Positions 1 through 14,105 of a stretch of DNA of 64,000 bases are shown piece by piece. Position 1 is the first letter of the stretch. The number at the start of each line of letters is the position of its first letter. The notes beneath the pieces are model-generated. The model was not told the origin of the DNA, did not search any database, and saw only the letters and a list, made by a program, of their open reading frames with translations. Origin of the DNA: Neocallimastix sp. 'constans' (lineage: Eukaryota); contig JBODTK010000131.1 in NCBI GenBank assembly GCA_050613775.1, forward strand, positions 124,001 to 188,000. Reading direction: 5' to 3'. The position numbers were made by a program, and so were the translations under genes.

Positions 1-189
1 AATATATTTCAAAAATTTAGTTCATATGATTTGTTTATTTTATTTATTATTTCAAAAAATAATTTATAGTTTTGAATTACGCAAGAAAAATTTTTTAATT
101 TAAAATGTGATTGAAATAATCACATCTATACAACAGGGGATATTGAAAAAAAAAAAAGAAAAAAAAAAAAAAAGTTAAATTCTGATTAA

Positions 190-2369
190 GAAAAGAGCCC
201 AACGAACAAGTCTTCGAGACAATTTTTCAGGTTTCTTTTTCTTTTGGTACAAAAGATTACGATTATTGGAGAAAATGGGGAATGGGATGGAAATTCCTTT
301 TTTAAAAGTGGTCTTCATTGTTCTAAGATTTCAATGATTGCTAAAAAGTTCTTTATCATAAATTGAGTAGTTTTTTTTTTTTTTTAGCAGCAGCAGCAGT
401 AGCAGTAGGGGATCTAGAAAAGAATGTAATAGGATGAATTTTATTTGTCTTTTTTTGAGAAACTTGGGAGAGGATAGTGAACTTGATGCTGTCTTGTTTT
501 GTTTCGACAAGGAAAAAGGAGATCACGGTTTTGGGTATGCAAGTACGGGAGCGGAAGAGAATTTGGATATTTGGATTTTTAAATTCATCAAATTTTTCTT
601 TTTTTTTTTTTTGATTTTGATTTTAGGATGTCCAAAACTAATTTATCAATTTTTTTTCTAAAAAAGTAAATGAAGTTAGAGCCGCTAAACCAGGAAAAAA
701 GAAAACGTCAATAGTAGTTAAAAAGTCCTAAGGGTGATTGAAGTTGTTTTTATATTGGTAGGGATAGGCCATTTAAGAATATAGAGGAAATCCTTTTAGA
801 GTGCATAAAAAGCTACCGTCAGAGGAAAATATTCTATGTCCAAGGAAATTCAAATTAGGGAACGCACAATTCACATTTTTCAAGTTTAGCATATAAAACA
901 GATTTTTCTGAGGATTGAGAGAGCCTCAGTTAGATGTTTGAAGTGTGTTTACTAAGTGTGGAGAGGAAGATGTAGTAGTATGCGAAATTTTCCAAGAATA
1001 TTTTCGAGAACGTCCTTGATAAGGTGTTAGAATTACAGCAGGAGCATTCTTTTAAGCCTGAAAGAAAGGCATGACTAAACTATTCATAAATAACCGTAGA
1101 TACAAGTCAAAGCTCAGTCTAGTTATTCATCTCCCTCTTTAATTCTGACAAGATGATAGTCAGAGTGAAGATCGAGTTTTTGAGAAGACCTTTTTTTTCC
1201 TTTGGCTACCTTTGGCTAGGGGTTCAAGCCTTTGTCATTGATTCATAGCAAAAGGTTTTAACAATTTGCGAATTGTGTGATATCATTCAGAGGTTGGTCG
1301 TCAACTGACCATTTTTAATTCATCATTTTTCTTTTTAAGTACAAAGAAAATAGGCACACCCACCACCGTCAGGGGATTTTGAGATGTTCCAAATGAAACC
1401 TTTTTGATAGTATTTTGTCTCTATATATTCCTTTAAGTGCCGTCGATTCTTTTTTTTTTTTTTTTTTTGGTTAAAGGGTTAAGATGGGTTCATAAAAAAA
1501 GAACGGTGTTAGGGATTTTGTTTTTCTCAACGTCATCGTAAGACAAGACCTAGGAGGAGGTAATTCATTCACATATATTTCCCTGAAAACGTCTTTAAAT
1601 GGAAGTAATTTTTTTTTTTTTTTTTTGATTTCTTTATTTTCTTTTTTTTTTTGCCATTTTGTTTAATAGAAGTATTTAAAGGAACATAAGTAAGTAGTAA
1701 AGGTAGTAGGAAGTGCAAGACAATTAGAAATACTTAGAAATACCGTGGATTTTGATTTAAAAAGAGAGTTCCTTTGAGGCAAAGTTTATGGTTGGAATTA
1801 TGGATTTCTAGCTAGCCAAGTTCATGCCTTAAAATAACGCAGTACGAGAGGACGAGGAAGGAAAGATCAATAAACGTAGAAACTTGTTTTATATCTATGG
1901 TCTTTTTTTTTTTTTTTATATATATTTTAAAGAGATTGGAGCAATTTTTACGAATGAATGATTGATTGAATACCACCTATACCAGATACGTTAGAGAGAT
2001 TGCATTCTGAGGAGTAAGTAAGGAATATTATTTTTTTTTTAAAGCAAAGTACACCTCTATTACAATTGAGTTGGGAGCCGCTGTCTAGAAGGAATTTTTG
2101 GTTTTTCTGTTGAAATATTGGGAGCGTTAAAGATAAGAGTGAATTTTGAAAAAAATTAGTAGTTTTTTTTTTTACCTCTGGTTGGTCAGAGATTCTTGTT
2201 TTTTTTTTTTTGGAATAGCAATGGGTTCAGGATTTAGTGATAGGAGGAGGAGGAGGAGAGCTTCTTGAAGAAGCTTTCTTTTCTTTTTTAAACCAGAGAG
2301 AGAGAGAGGGGGGGCCTCACTTAAGGAGAATGATTGGCAGAATTCATCATAGGCACAAAGATGTTCTTT

Positions 2370-2419
<50 letters not shown>

Positions 2420-2513
2420 TTAGAAAAAAGTCCTTTAGTTTTGAAACTGAAAGGCTTTTTTTTTTTTCAACTCTATAGTCTTCGATGGTTGTTGTTTCCA
2501 TAATTATTATTTC

Positions 2514-2544
<31 letters not shown>

Positions 2545-3126
2545 ATTTGGACTATTTTTTATTGGATTTTAAAATTTCCTATGGGTAGGGAAGGGACTTC
2601 CTATATTCTGGAGACGATAGTTTATAGCGCATACATCTTGTTCCTTGGGAACATTTCCTAAATTTTGGTATCAATTGGATTGATCAATCCATTGATAAAA
2701 AAAAAAAAAAAAAAAAAAAAAAAGCAATTCCATTTTGGCTTCTTCCTTCATTCCAAGGATGAATTTCCTCAGGGAATAAAAAATTTATTAAACTTCGAGG
2801 ATATAATTTTTTTATTATTTCTCCAAAAGCGATTTTTTTTTTTTTTTTTAATTTATTGTTTTTCAATTTCTGATTGGTAAATAAAAAGTGGAGTCCTGGC
2901 GGCCAAATACTGCCTTAAAAATCTTGGCAGGTAAAATTCTTGATAATTATTCACAGGCATGGGGTCATTGTTTCTCGAATTAAAGTCAAAGTCGTAGCCC
3001 AATTCATGAGCGGAACCATAAAGTCTAGAAATGATATATACATACTTTCATTGAATCAATGAATCCTTGGTGAATTGAAATCGGTCAGACGGAAACACGG
3101 AGATTTAGATTCATGATTCCTCTTGG

Positions 3127-3175
<49 letters not shown>

Positions 3176-3511
3176 TAAAGTAGCGACGATCTCCAGGGGA
3201 ATCCATCTTTCCTCTTTCTTGGTGGAACTGGAATTTAAAAATGTTGTATTCCTACTATTGTTGTATGGAAACAGATTATTTTAAAAATAATTGTTTTTTT
3301 TTTTTTAATTTCTTTTGAGTATTTTAATTTAAGACTGCCAAAAAAAGAAAAGTTGAATTTCCAAAAGTATTGTTATTATTATTATTATTTATTTTTTTTA
3401 TAATTGTTGAAACAATGTTAATTTTTATTAAATGGACTTATACGGAGTAGTGATGGAATTTTATTTTAAGGTAATTTTAAAAAGTTTTTTTGCAGTTTTT
3501 AAGCCTTACCA

Positions 3512-3550
<39 letters not shown>

Positions 3551-3700
3551 AAAAAAATTAAAAAATAGATGTTTTAATATTGCTTTACCATCAACGACCT
3601 AACCTTCAGCCTTTGGTGACAGACTGAAATTCATTATTTTCGCCAGAGAGCCTACGGAGTTATTTAACTCGTTGACGTCGGGTATTTCCGTGTTTTTTCA
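190..3700 (-). mobile_element. Heavily degraded Ty3/gypsy LTR retrotransposon (gag-PR-RT-RNase H remnants); boundaries approximate
   Basis: Hand translation of the minus strand gives protease KFLLDSGSQ (~2070-2098), RT pieces GVPIFFVLKKK and VD..PLNDIT (~1280-1360) and LVMP..GLKNAPAV (~1035-1085), plus RNase H-region SAPVLAYP (~530-555) and PEKLSRRLVRWALF (~190-232). RT directly follows PR, which is gypsy order. Many frameshifts and long homopolymer runs. Confidence 0.75.
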
Positions 3701-4174
3701 GTAACACTAAACCATTTCTTCTATTCGAAGAAAGCGTTTTGGCTATTCCCACTCCCTCCCTCCCTTACTTTTTACTAATAACTTGATAATTTAACAGGTA
3801 GGGATGGTTTCTCACCATTGGAAACCAGTTTAATAGCCAACTAAAAACTCTGTATTATGAAGGCTCTAGACGCTCCTCCTCGTATATTTTTTATTGAAAT
3901 ACCATAAACTGTTTAGTAATAATTTAATTTATACAAAATATATGGTAATTTTATTTGACCAACAATAATTTTCTCTATTTCACACACAGTGCTGTTCTTT
4001 CATTTGATTCAACTGACTCGAGCTGAATGTAGGACTTTACTTCTGAACCTATCAGCGGCCAAAGTGAAACTCGAGAAAAGTAAAAAAAAAAAAAAAAAAA
4101 AAATATGTGACCTCTATATGAAGTCATAAAATTTTTACTTATCCAACAAATTTTTTTTTTTTTTTTTTTTTTTT

Positions 4175-5250
4175 TAGCCCGTTATAGAGTATTCTTCCCC
4201 CCTCCCCTTTTCAAGGGATTGCTACCGACGATGGTAGTGTTCCATTTTTTAACTTCGGATATGACCCAAAATATTCCTTTGATCTTTATGAGGTATAGGT
4301 GGGAATTCAGCAATACCACTACTTATCATCCTGGGACTCATGGCCTCACAGAAAATAGAAATGAAAGAAATAAGGAAAAAAAAAAAAAAGGTTACTCAGG
4401 CGACAGAGTGAAGGACACAAGGCATGGGATGAAGTACTACCAACTACCTTTTGCTTTTATGTGCCCCATATTTGTACTACTACCAAAAAAAAAAAAAAAA
4501 AAAAAAAAAAGAACACCGTCACTAAACCATTCTAGTTTTGAGTTGGTATATTGAAAGAGAAGGCAAGAAACACTTTTTTTTTTATTTTGATATTGCTAAA
4601 AGACCCACCCACTACCGAGAAACTAAGGAAGGTACTACTACTAATGTGAAAAAAATTACACACATATAAGTATTGAGTCAACAGTCAAGAGAAAAGAAAG
4701 AACCGTAGGAACCAAGCTTAAAAAAAAAAAAAAAAAATTAGGCCTTGGGGACTTTCATCTTTAGTTTTTGTTAGAAATTTTTTTCTAGCACGAACCAAAC
4801 TTGAACCCTACAATTGTTGTTGGACCACTCCAAGTAAATTAAAAAAAAAAAAAAAATTCAATTCAATAACTCTTATGGACCCTAACTCTATAATGCAAAT
4901 GAACGGTGATATCCATTTTAAAGGATATAGCAATGCTTATCTCCACTTTCGTGTAGCTTGAGTCTTCGTGGGGGGCATCTTGATAAATGATAACCATTAT
5001 TCTGGTTTAATTTTATACTTGACCATATATTAAACTGTTTTGTCATCTTCACAATTGGAAAACTTTCCAATATTTTATTAAATTTCATTTTATTAATTTT
5101 TTAGTAAGAATTATTGGATCGTTTATTATATTCAATTATTATATAGAGCTCATTTTATAAATATTTCAATATCTTTATATTATTATAAATTAATTATCAA
5201 CCCATCAATTTATTTTATCACTATTTTATCAATATTAAAACTTATTTATC
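4175..5250 (+). mobile_element. Possible degraded Ty3/gypsy integrase C-terminal remnant with PPT and putative LTR
   Basis: Fragmentary motifs PVIEYS, FFNFGYDPK, GDRV and a GPY-like segment. A G-run at ~4970 precedes TGATAAA (4981), with TTTATCA at ~5214-5251. Very degenerate. Confidence 0.35.
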
Positions 5251-5883
5251 AGTGTTATTTAATTCTTTCAAAAATTCAAGACTAAAAAATTTATTTATGA
5301 TTATCATTATAATTATCACTATTAAATAACTCACTTCTAAACCTCAACTTCCATTCCCATTAAAATTATTAATAATCCTTTCAAACAAAAACCTCAATTT
5401 TAAAACTATTACTAATAAAAATTAAGTTTAAAAAGAAAATATCTAAATTATTATTATACGTTTTATTATAAACAATAGATTTATAAATCTGATGCAATTC
5501 TTTATAAATTTTATTTTAATAATTTATTACTTTTTTTTTTTTTTTTTTTTTTTTTTCAAAAATTTATAAAAATTAAATATATTACACTCGATAAACTACT
5601 ACTAAATCACAAATCACAAATTGTAAATTTAGCAAAAAAAAAGATAAAATTCTTTTAATAATATATTTCTTACTAAATAATTAATAAAAATTAATAATAT
5701 TATAATATAGAATTATTATTTATTATAATCAAATAATAATAATTGTATTAAAAATTTAGATATAATATAAAAAAATTGTAATAATAATGAATATTTTTTG
5801 TAAAGAAATGAATTATATATTTCTGTTTGTTTAAAAGTGTAAATAGCTATAAAAATCAGTAAAAAAAATATTAAATATATTAT

Positions 5884-5935
<52 letters not shown>

Positions 5936-6269
5936 ATAAAATATTTATCCTTTTATTTTTCTTTTTATAATATTGTTTTATATTTTTAATAATTTTTTAA
6001 TATTTTTCTTCGGACTTAAACATTGTGAGTATCACTATAATTACTATAAAAATTTGTTATCTTCACCAAACTCTTACGACTAAATTGTTTTAAAAATTCA
6101 GACAATAATTCCTACCACGATTTCTATCAATTACTTCAAGATGCTTTTTAAGTTAATCCATAACTTTTATAATATTATCAGTAACAAAAAAAAAAAAAAA
6201 AAAAAAGATTTTGTTACTATCGAAGAAGACTATAATGAGTTTGAGTTTGTCTACCAGTGAAGACCGAGA

Positions 6270-6303
<34 letters not shown>

Positions 6304-6739
6304 CATAAACCACTCTTTTTAAAGTACTTCAAACTCAAAAAATTGCTAAAGCTAAAAAAAATTAGAACTTCTAAAATTCAATGGTAAATGAAATCCTTCG
6401 AATTTAGAACAACTAAATGAACTTTTTAAGTCAAAATAAACATTGAATATTATATACCAATCCAATCAGTATAGATTATTCCTCTTATAAACTGATAAAT
6501 CCTTAATGAATTTGGGCGAGTGAAATTACCAATAAGATACATGGAAGAAGTTATAATTAATAATAAAAGTATTTATTATTATTTACAATAATAATAATAA
6601 TAATGATAATAATAATAATAATAATAATGAATTAAATAGTTAAAAAAAAATGGGAAAATAAATAAGGAAATTCGTTAACAATTATGAGATGAGCAATCTA
6701 AAAATTTTAAAAATAAAGAATATGAAAAAAGAAATAATA

Positions 6740-6777
<38 letters not shown>

Positions 6778-6810
6778 TATTAGTAATTCCTCTATTATAA
6801 ATTAAAATAA

Positions 6811-8110
6811 TAACAAAAGTTAAGGATGAAAAAGGTAATTTGAAGGAAGCAAATTCTAATATAGTGAATGACATCATTAATATTAAAGCTAAACCAAAAA
6901 AAAAAAAAAAAAAAAAAAAAAAATAGTAATCAGTTTATTTATAAATAAAAAGTATAAAATCAATAAAAACAATAAAGAATTAATAGTTGTAGTATTTCTT
7001 TTTTTCAACAAATTACAAATAATCACAACAGAACTAAATAAAAGCTTAATAAGACCTCATTCACATGAATCAGATTTTTCTTTACTCCTTCATGTGAATA
7101 AAAAGAAATTGTATAATTTTTTATGATTTATAATTAATTTTTTTTTTTTTATATGAAAATCAGTAATGCACTAAAATTATATTCTTTAATTATAATTTAC
7201 ATTTTTTTATATTAGTATTAAAAAAAAAAATTATATATATCATACTAAAATTTCAACTTTTTAATTATATAAATATCCAAATTTCTACAGTTTCATTACT
7301 TTTTATGATAATAATTAATACTAATAATATTATTTATAATATAAATAATGAATTATTATATTTAAAAAAAAAATTAAATATTAATAACAATAATAAATAA
7401 ATAATTCAAAATAGTAACTCTAAAAATTTGATAGTAAATTAATAATTTACTAATTGTAATTATTTAAGGTTTAATTGAAAATAATCTTTAATGTAAGATG
7501 GAAATGAAAATAAATGAAAATGATGTTGTTGATGAAAAAGTGAATTAGTAGTGAATTTTTTTTTTTAAGGACTTTTATTTGTTCTTAAATAAATATAAAA
7601 TATATATATACATATATATATATATATCTAATTTGTTTAAGAAAGTAAAAAAAGTAAAATATATATTATATTAAATATATACAGATATATTTTTTAGTTC
7701 AATCTTTTAGAAGTGAAAATAATAATTTAAATTCCATTAAATTATTAAAAAAATAAAAAGATTTATAACTTAATATTTTAATTGAAGATTTAAAAATTAA
7801 TTAATTATTTATGTATTGAAATATTTAATTTTATATCTTTTAATTTTAATATTTAAAAAAAAAAAACGATTATATTGAAAAGGATAGATCTATTTATATT
7901 TATTTAATTAATAATAAATTATATTTAAATAAAAATTTGTCAATATCAATTTATTATTTAAAATAAGGGAATATAAAAAAAAAAAAAAATAAAAAAAAAA
8001 AGTTTAAGAAGAAATATTTTTAAATAAATTATCAAAATATCAATAATTAAAAGTTATATGAAAAAATTAAAGTAGAAAAACGAATCCATAATATTTGAAA
8101 AAAGAAAAGA
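6811..8110. repeat. Segmental duplication block, copy 1 (copy 2 at ~20473-21735)
   Basis: Near-identical ~1.3 kb starting TAACAAAAGTTAAGGATGAAAAAGG and ending near GAATCCATAAT..TTTGAAAAA in both places. Confidence 0.9.
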
Positions 8111-8112
8111 GA

Positions 8113-8115
8113 AAA

Positions 8116-8200
<85 letters not shown>

Positions 8201-8339
8201 TAATAATAATAATAATAAATAATAATAATAATAAATAATAAAAATAATAATAATAAATAATAATAATTATAATAATAAAAAGATTGTATTTTTAATAATA
8301 ATAAATAATCATAATAATAAATAATAATAATAAATAATC

Positions 8340-8409
<70 letters not shown>

Positions 8410-8453
8410 TAATAAATAATAATAAAAATAATAAATAATAATAATAAATAATC

Positions 8454-8508
<55 letters not shown>

Positions 8509-8552
8509 TAATAAATAATAATAAAAATAATAAATAATAATAATAAATAATC

Positions 8553-8607
<55 letters not shown>

Positions 8608-8867
8608 TAATAATAATAATAATAAAAATAATAATAATAATAATAAATAATAATAATAATAAATAATAAAAATAATAATAATAAATAATAATAATTATAA
8701 TAATAAAAAGATTGTATTTTTAATAATAATAAATAATCATAATAATAAATAATAATAATAAATAATCATAATAATAATAATAATCATAATAATAAATAAT
8801 AATAATAAATAATCATAATAATAATAATAATCATAATAATAATAATAAATAATAATAATAAATAATC

Positions 8868-8937
<70 letters not shown>

Positions 8938-8981
8938 TAATAAATAATAATAAAAATAATAAATAATAATAATAAATAATC

Positions 8982-9039
<58 letters not shown>

Positions 9040-9293
9040 TAATAATAATAATAATAAAAATAATAATAATAATAAATAATAATAATAATAAATAATAAAA
9101 ATAATAATAATAAATAATAATAATTATAATAATAAAAAGATTGTATTTTTAATAATAATAAATAATCATAATAATAAATAATAATAATAAATAATCATAA
9201 TAATAATAATAATCATAATAATAAATAATAATAATAATAATAAATAATCATAATAATAAATAATCATAATAATAATAATAATAATAAATAATC

Positions 9294-9382
<89 letters not shown>

Positions 9383-9387
9383 TAATA

Positions 9388-9459
<72 letters not shown>

Positions 9460-9464
9460 TAATA

Positions 9465-9526
<62 letters not shown>

Positions 9527-9604
9527 TAATAATAATAATAATAAATAATCATAATAATAATAATAATAAATAATCATAATAATAAATAATAATAATAAAT
9601 AATC

Positions 9605-9663
<59 letters not shown>

Positions 9664-9665
9664 TC

Positions 9666-9717
<52 letters not shown>

Positions 9718-9814
9718 TAATAATAATAATAATAAATAATCATAATAATAATAATAATAAATAATCATAATAATAAATAATAATAATAAATAATCATAAT
9801 AATAATAAATAATC

Positions 9815-9870
<56 letters not shown>

Positions 9871-9891
9871 TCATAATAATAATAAATAATC

Positions 9892-9947
<56 letters not shown>

Positions 9948-10054
9948 TAATAATAATAAATAATAAAAATAATAATAAATAATAAAAATAATAATAAATA
10001 ATAAAAATAATAATAATAAATAATAATAATTATAATAATAAAAAGATTTTATTT

Positions 10055-10094
<40 letters not shown>

Positions 10095-10155
10095 GCATAA
10101 TAATAAATAATAATAATAATAATAATAATAATAATCATAATAATAATAATAAATA
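8113..10155. repeat. (AAT)n microsatellite field with ~429-bp higher-order periodicity
   Basis: About 2 kb of AAT with AAAT/AATC variants. Marker AGATTGTATTTTT recurs at 8281, 8709 and 9138, with a variant at ~10044. Confidence 0.95.
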
Positions 10156-10642
10156 AAATAAAATATATATTTATAAATAACTTTATTTTTATTTATTTAT
10201 TTTTTTTTTAAAATTAAACTAAATAAAATTAAATAAAATAAAATAAAATAAAATAATAAACATTTATAAATAAATATATATCTATAATTTTATTTAATTT
10301 TATTTTATTTATTTTATTTAAAATATATATATATTATATATATATTTTTTAATAAAAGGAAAAATAATATTTATTAAATAAATAATAAAATAAATAGTAA
10401 ATATTGAATATAAATATTATTAAAGTACAGATTGAATAAAATAAAAAATAAAAAATGTAGAATGTAATAATATAAAAGTACAAGTATATAAAATAAAATA
10501 AAATAAAATAAAATAAAATAAAATAAAATAAAATAAAATAAAATAAAATAAAATAAAATAAAATAAAATAAAATAAAATAATTAAAAAAAATTATAAATA
10601 ATTTCAATTTTTTTAAAAATAATTAATTGAATATAAAAAAAA

Positions 10643-12274
10643 ATGTTTAAAATTATGAATTTATTTTTTTATAAAAGTAAAGAAGATTTGAAAGAAGAAC
10701 TTCTAGATGAAATTAGAAGTGGCAATACACAAAAAGTAAAAAAAATTATAGATTATGCTAATAAAAATAAAATTATTTTAGAATTAAATGAAAAAGATGA
10801 AGATGGAGATTATCCATTTTTAAGAGCCACTTCTTATAATAATATTGAAATAGTTAAATTGTTAATAGATTATGCCACTGAAAATAAAATTATTTTAGAA
10901 TTAAATGAAAAAGATGAATATGGATATAATTCACTTTTATTTGCCACTTATAAAAATAATATTGAAATTGTTCAATTATTAATTGATTATGCCAATAAAA
11001 ATAAAATTATTTTAGAATTAAATGAAAAAAATAAATATGGAGAGTATCCACTTTTAAGTGCCACTTTAGAAAATAATACTGAAATGGTTCATTTATTAAT
11101 AGATTATGCCACTGAAAATAAAATTATTTTAGAATTAAATGAAAAAAATTATTATGAAAATAATCCACTTTTAAAAGCCACTTATCGTAATAATATTGAA
11201 ATAGTTAAATTGTTAATCAATTACGCTAATAAAAATAAAATTATTTTGGAATTAAATGAAAAAAAAAAAAATGGATATACCCCAATAATTGGAGCAATAC
11301 AAAATAATAATATTGAAATGTTTAAAATGTTGGTGGAATATTCTATAGAAAAAGGAATAAAATTAAGAATTGATGAAAATGATATTGAAAAAATGATTTC
11401 AGAAAATAAAAAATATTACCTTTGTAAATTAAAGAATATTTCAGAAATTAATTCTAAATTAATAATATTAATCTATTTTTATAAAAATAAAAATATAATT
11501 GAAGTAATATTCAGCAGAAAGAGTTACTTTTTGAAAAAATTTAATGAATTTAATAAGAATGAAAGAATAGAAAATGAAAATAGGGATTATGAAATATTAG
11601 AAATTGAAAATGTAATAACGGAAATAGAATTGGAAAAAGAAAAAAAGGAGAAAGAAAAAATAAAAAAAGATAATGATTTACTGAGAATAGAATTGGAAAA
11701 AGAAAAAAAGGAGAAAGAAAAAATAAAAAAAGATAATGATTTACTGAGAATAGAATTGGAAAAAGAAAAAAAGGAGAAAGAAAAAATAAAAAAAGATAAT
11801 GATTTACTGAGAATAGAATTGGAAAAAGAAAAAAAGGAGAAAGAAAAAATAAAAAAAGATAATGATTTACTGAGAATAGAATTGGAAAAAGAAAAAAAGG
11901 AGAAAGAAAAAATAAAAAAAGATAATGATTTACTGAGAATAGAATTGGAAAAAGAAAAAAAGGAGAAAGAAAAAATAAAAAAAGATAATGATTTACTGAG
12001 AATAGAATTGGAAAAAGAAAAAAAGGAGAAAGAAAAAATAAAAAAAGATAATGATTTACTGAGAATAGAATTAGAAGAGGAACGGAGGATAAAAGTGGAA
12101 CAAGAAAATAAAAAATTGGAAAAAAAGAAGTATCTATTAAAAAAAATTAATAATAAAAGAGATAATAATGAGACCTTATTAACCTCTGAATGTAAACTAG
12201 GTAATATTGAAGAACTTAAAAAATTAATTTATTGTAGAATGAATATTAATAAGAAAAATAAAATGGAGATATGA
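10643..12274 (+). CDS. Ankyrin-repeat/coiled-coil protein, paralogue 1 (4 variable internal repeats, 7 x 21-aa coiled-coil units)
   Basis: 543-aa ORF with 39-aa (117-bp) ankyrin repeats. One base is missing at ~12260 relative to paralogues; restoring it reads on to the stop at 12333 (..MTLLIAWKNRNIELIKYLLN). Confidence 0.85.
   Translation: MFKIMNLFFYKSKEDLKEELLDEIRSGNTQKVKKIIDYANKNKIILELNEKDEDGDYPFLRATSYNNIEIVKLLIDYATENKIILELNEKDEYGYNSLLFATYKNNIEIVQLLIDYANKNKIILELNEKNKYGEYPLLSATLENNTEMVHLLIDYATENKIILELNEKNYYENNPLLKATYRNNIEIVKLLINYANKNKIILELNEKKKNGYTPIIGAIQNNNIEMFKMLVEYSIEKGIKLRIDENDIEKMISENKKYYLCKLKNISEINSKLIILIYFYKNKNIIEVIFSRKSYFLKKFNEFNKNERIENENRDYEILEIENVITEIELEKEKKEKEKIKKDNDLLRIELEKEKKEKEKIKKDNDLLRIELEKEKKEKEKIKKDNDLLRIELEKEKKEKEKIKKDNDLLRIELEKEKKEKEKIKKDNDLLRIELEKEKKEKEKIKKDNDLLRIELEKEKKEKEKIKKDNDLLRIELEEERRIKVEQENKKLEKKKYLLKKINNKRDNNETLLTSECKLGNIEELKKLIYCRMNINKKNKMEI
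11621..12072 (+). repeat. 63-bp tandem repeat x7 encoding RIELEKEKKEKEKIKKDNDLL
   Basis: CTGAGA recurs at 11681, 11744, 11807, 11870, 11933, 11996 and 12059; the units are essentially identical. Confidence 0.97.
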
Positions 12275-14060
12275 CATTATTAATTGCATGGAAAAATAGA
12301 AATATAGAATTAATAAAATATTTATTAAATTAATTTATATTTTCATAAAACCCTTTTAATCTCTCTTCTCTTCATTATAAGTATATTTTTATATTATTAA
12401 TTATTATAAAAATACAAATTAGAAATTACTATTTTTTATTTTTACAACTGAATTTATTAAAAGTTCTTTCATTATAAATAATAATGAAAAAATATTATTT
12501 ATTATGAAATAAAAAATATGAATTAGAAATAAAAAATAAAATATAAAAATTTAAATTTAAAAAAAAAAAAATTTTTTTTCTTTTTTATTTCTAAGTAATT
12601 TTTTATTTTTTTTTTTTTTTTTTTAATTTTCTTTATTAAAATATTTATTTTTATATGTTGTTTTGTAATAATTTTATATAATTAAAATATTTAATTTTAA
12701 CTTTAGATATATAAATTTAATAATTTTTTACTTTCTTTTTTTTTTTTACTCAGTCATTTCGATAAATATAATTGAATATATTTTTTATTTTTTAAAAAAT
12801 TTTAAAATTGAAAAGTTGCTTCTTTTTTGATCTATTTTTTATTTTTAATTTTATCATTGATAAATTTCTCATCAAACATATTCTAGTGGAAAGAAAAATT
12901 TATACAAACGAAACCACCTTATTACTTCGTTAAAGTACTTGTAAAGATGACCTTTTATTATTCATATTTACATTTTAAATATAAATAATAGTTTTTAATA
13001 TATTTAATGTAAACTACAAATAAAAATAAAATAATTTTATAAAACAACAATAATAATTCATAAACATGTATTATTAATTATACTAGTTAGTTTTATATAA
13101 ATTATTTATTAATATTAATATTCATTATTAAATTTTCCTCTTTCTTCTCTTTTGTTTTCTTTTATTTTCTTTTTCAAAAATAAATAGAAGTTTAATTGTA
13201 TTTTTTTTTATAATTTTTACCATTTAATATATTTTTAAATTATTTAAAACTTCTTAATTAACTTAAACTATTAATAAAATTATAATGATATATTTATATA
13301 TCACTAGAAAATAACTTTTATGCATTAACTTCATATATTAACAAATTATATTTTATTAATTAATTTGGTTTATTTTCTTATCAATCACTATAATTTTAAA
13401 TAATACAAACTCTTGTAGAACTCCAAATTAAAATGTAAAATAAATAAATAAAAGAAAAAAAGTATTAATATTAATATGGATGATGTCTATGTTTTATAGG
13501 CTATTATTTATAAAAATATTGAAAGTATTAAATTATTAATAGAATTTATGCCAATGAAAAATAAAAAATATTAAATTGGAAAAGAATTGTATTGGAAAAT
13601 ATCTTCATTTTATTATTCTATCTCTTAAAATAAAATCCATTATGAAAGAAAAAGAAAAAATATTATAAAAAATAAAATAAAAAAAAATATAACTAATACT
13701 ATTACATTTATATTTATTATTTTTTTATTATTATTATTTATTATTTATTATTTATTATTTATTTTTATTATTGTTATATTTAATATTATTATTATTATTT
13801 ATTATTTAATCATTATTTATTAATAAATACCTCTTTTTATTATTTATTATTTATTATTCAATTTTTTATTATCATATTACTTATTATTTATTATTTATTA
13901 TTTCTATATTTATGGACATAAAAAGTAATAAAAACAGTTAAAAATAATAATTTATTAAATAGGTAAATAATATTATAAAATATATTGTAATTTATTATAA
14001 TATATTCATTTATTTTAAATAGTTAAAAAACAAATAATAAAAATTAAATAAATAAATGTT

Positions 14061-14105
<45 letters not shown>

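Noticed and set aside
434..2880. Short ORFs at 434, 2237, 2665 and 2684
   Set aside because: They arise from homopolymer-riddled gypsy remnant sequence and show no independent protein features.
6040..6560. Possible gene or LINE ORF1 remnant
   Set aside because: The composition looks coding-like but there is no recognisable motif and there are many breaks, so I cannot support a call.
8309..10607. ORFs rich in poly-I/Y/L/F (also 22895, 37049, 37054, 54341, 54652, 63626)
   Set aside because: These are translations of AAT/ATT/AAAAT microsatellites and AT-rich spacer DNA.
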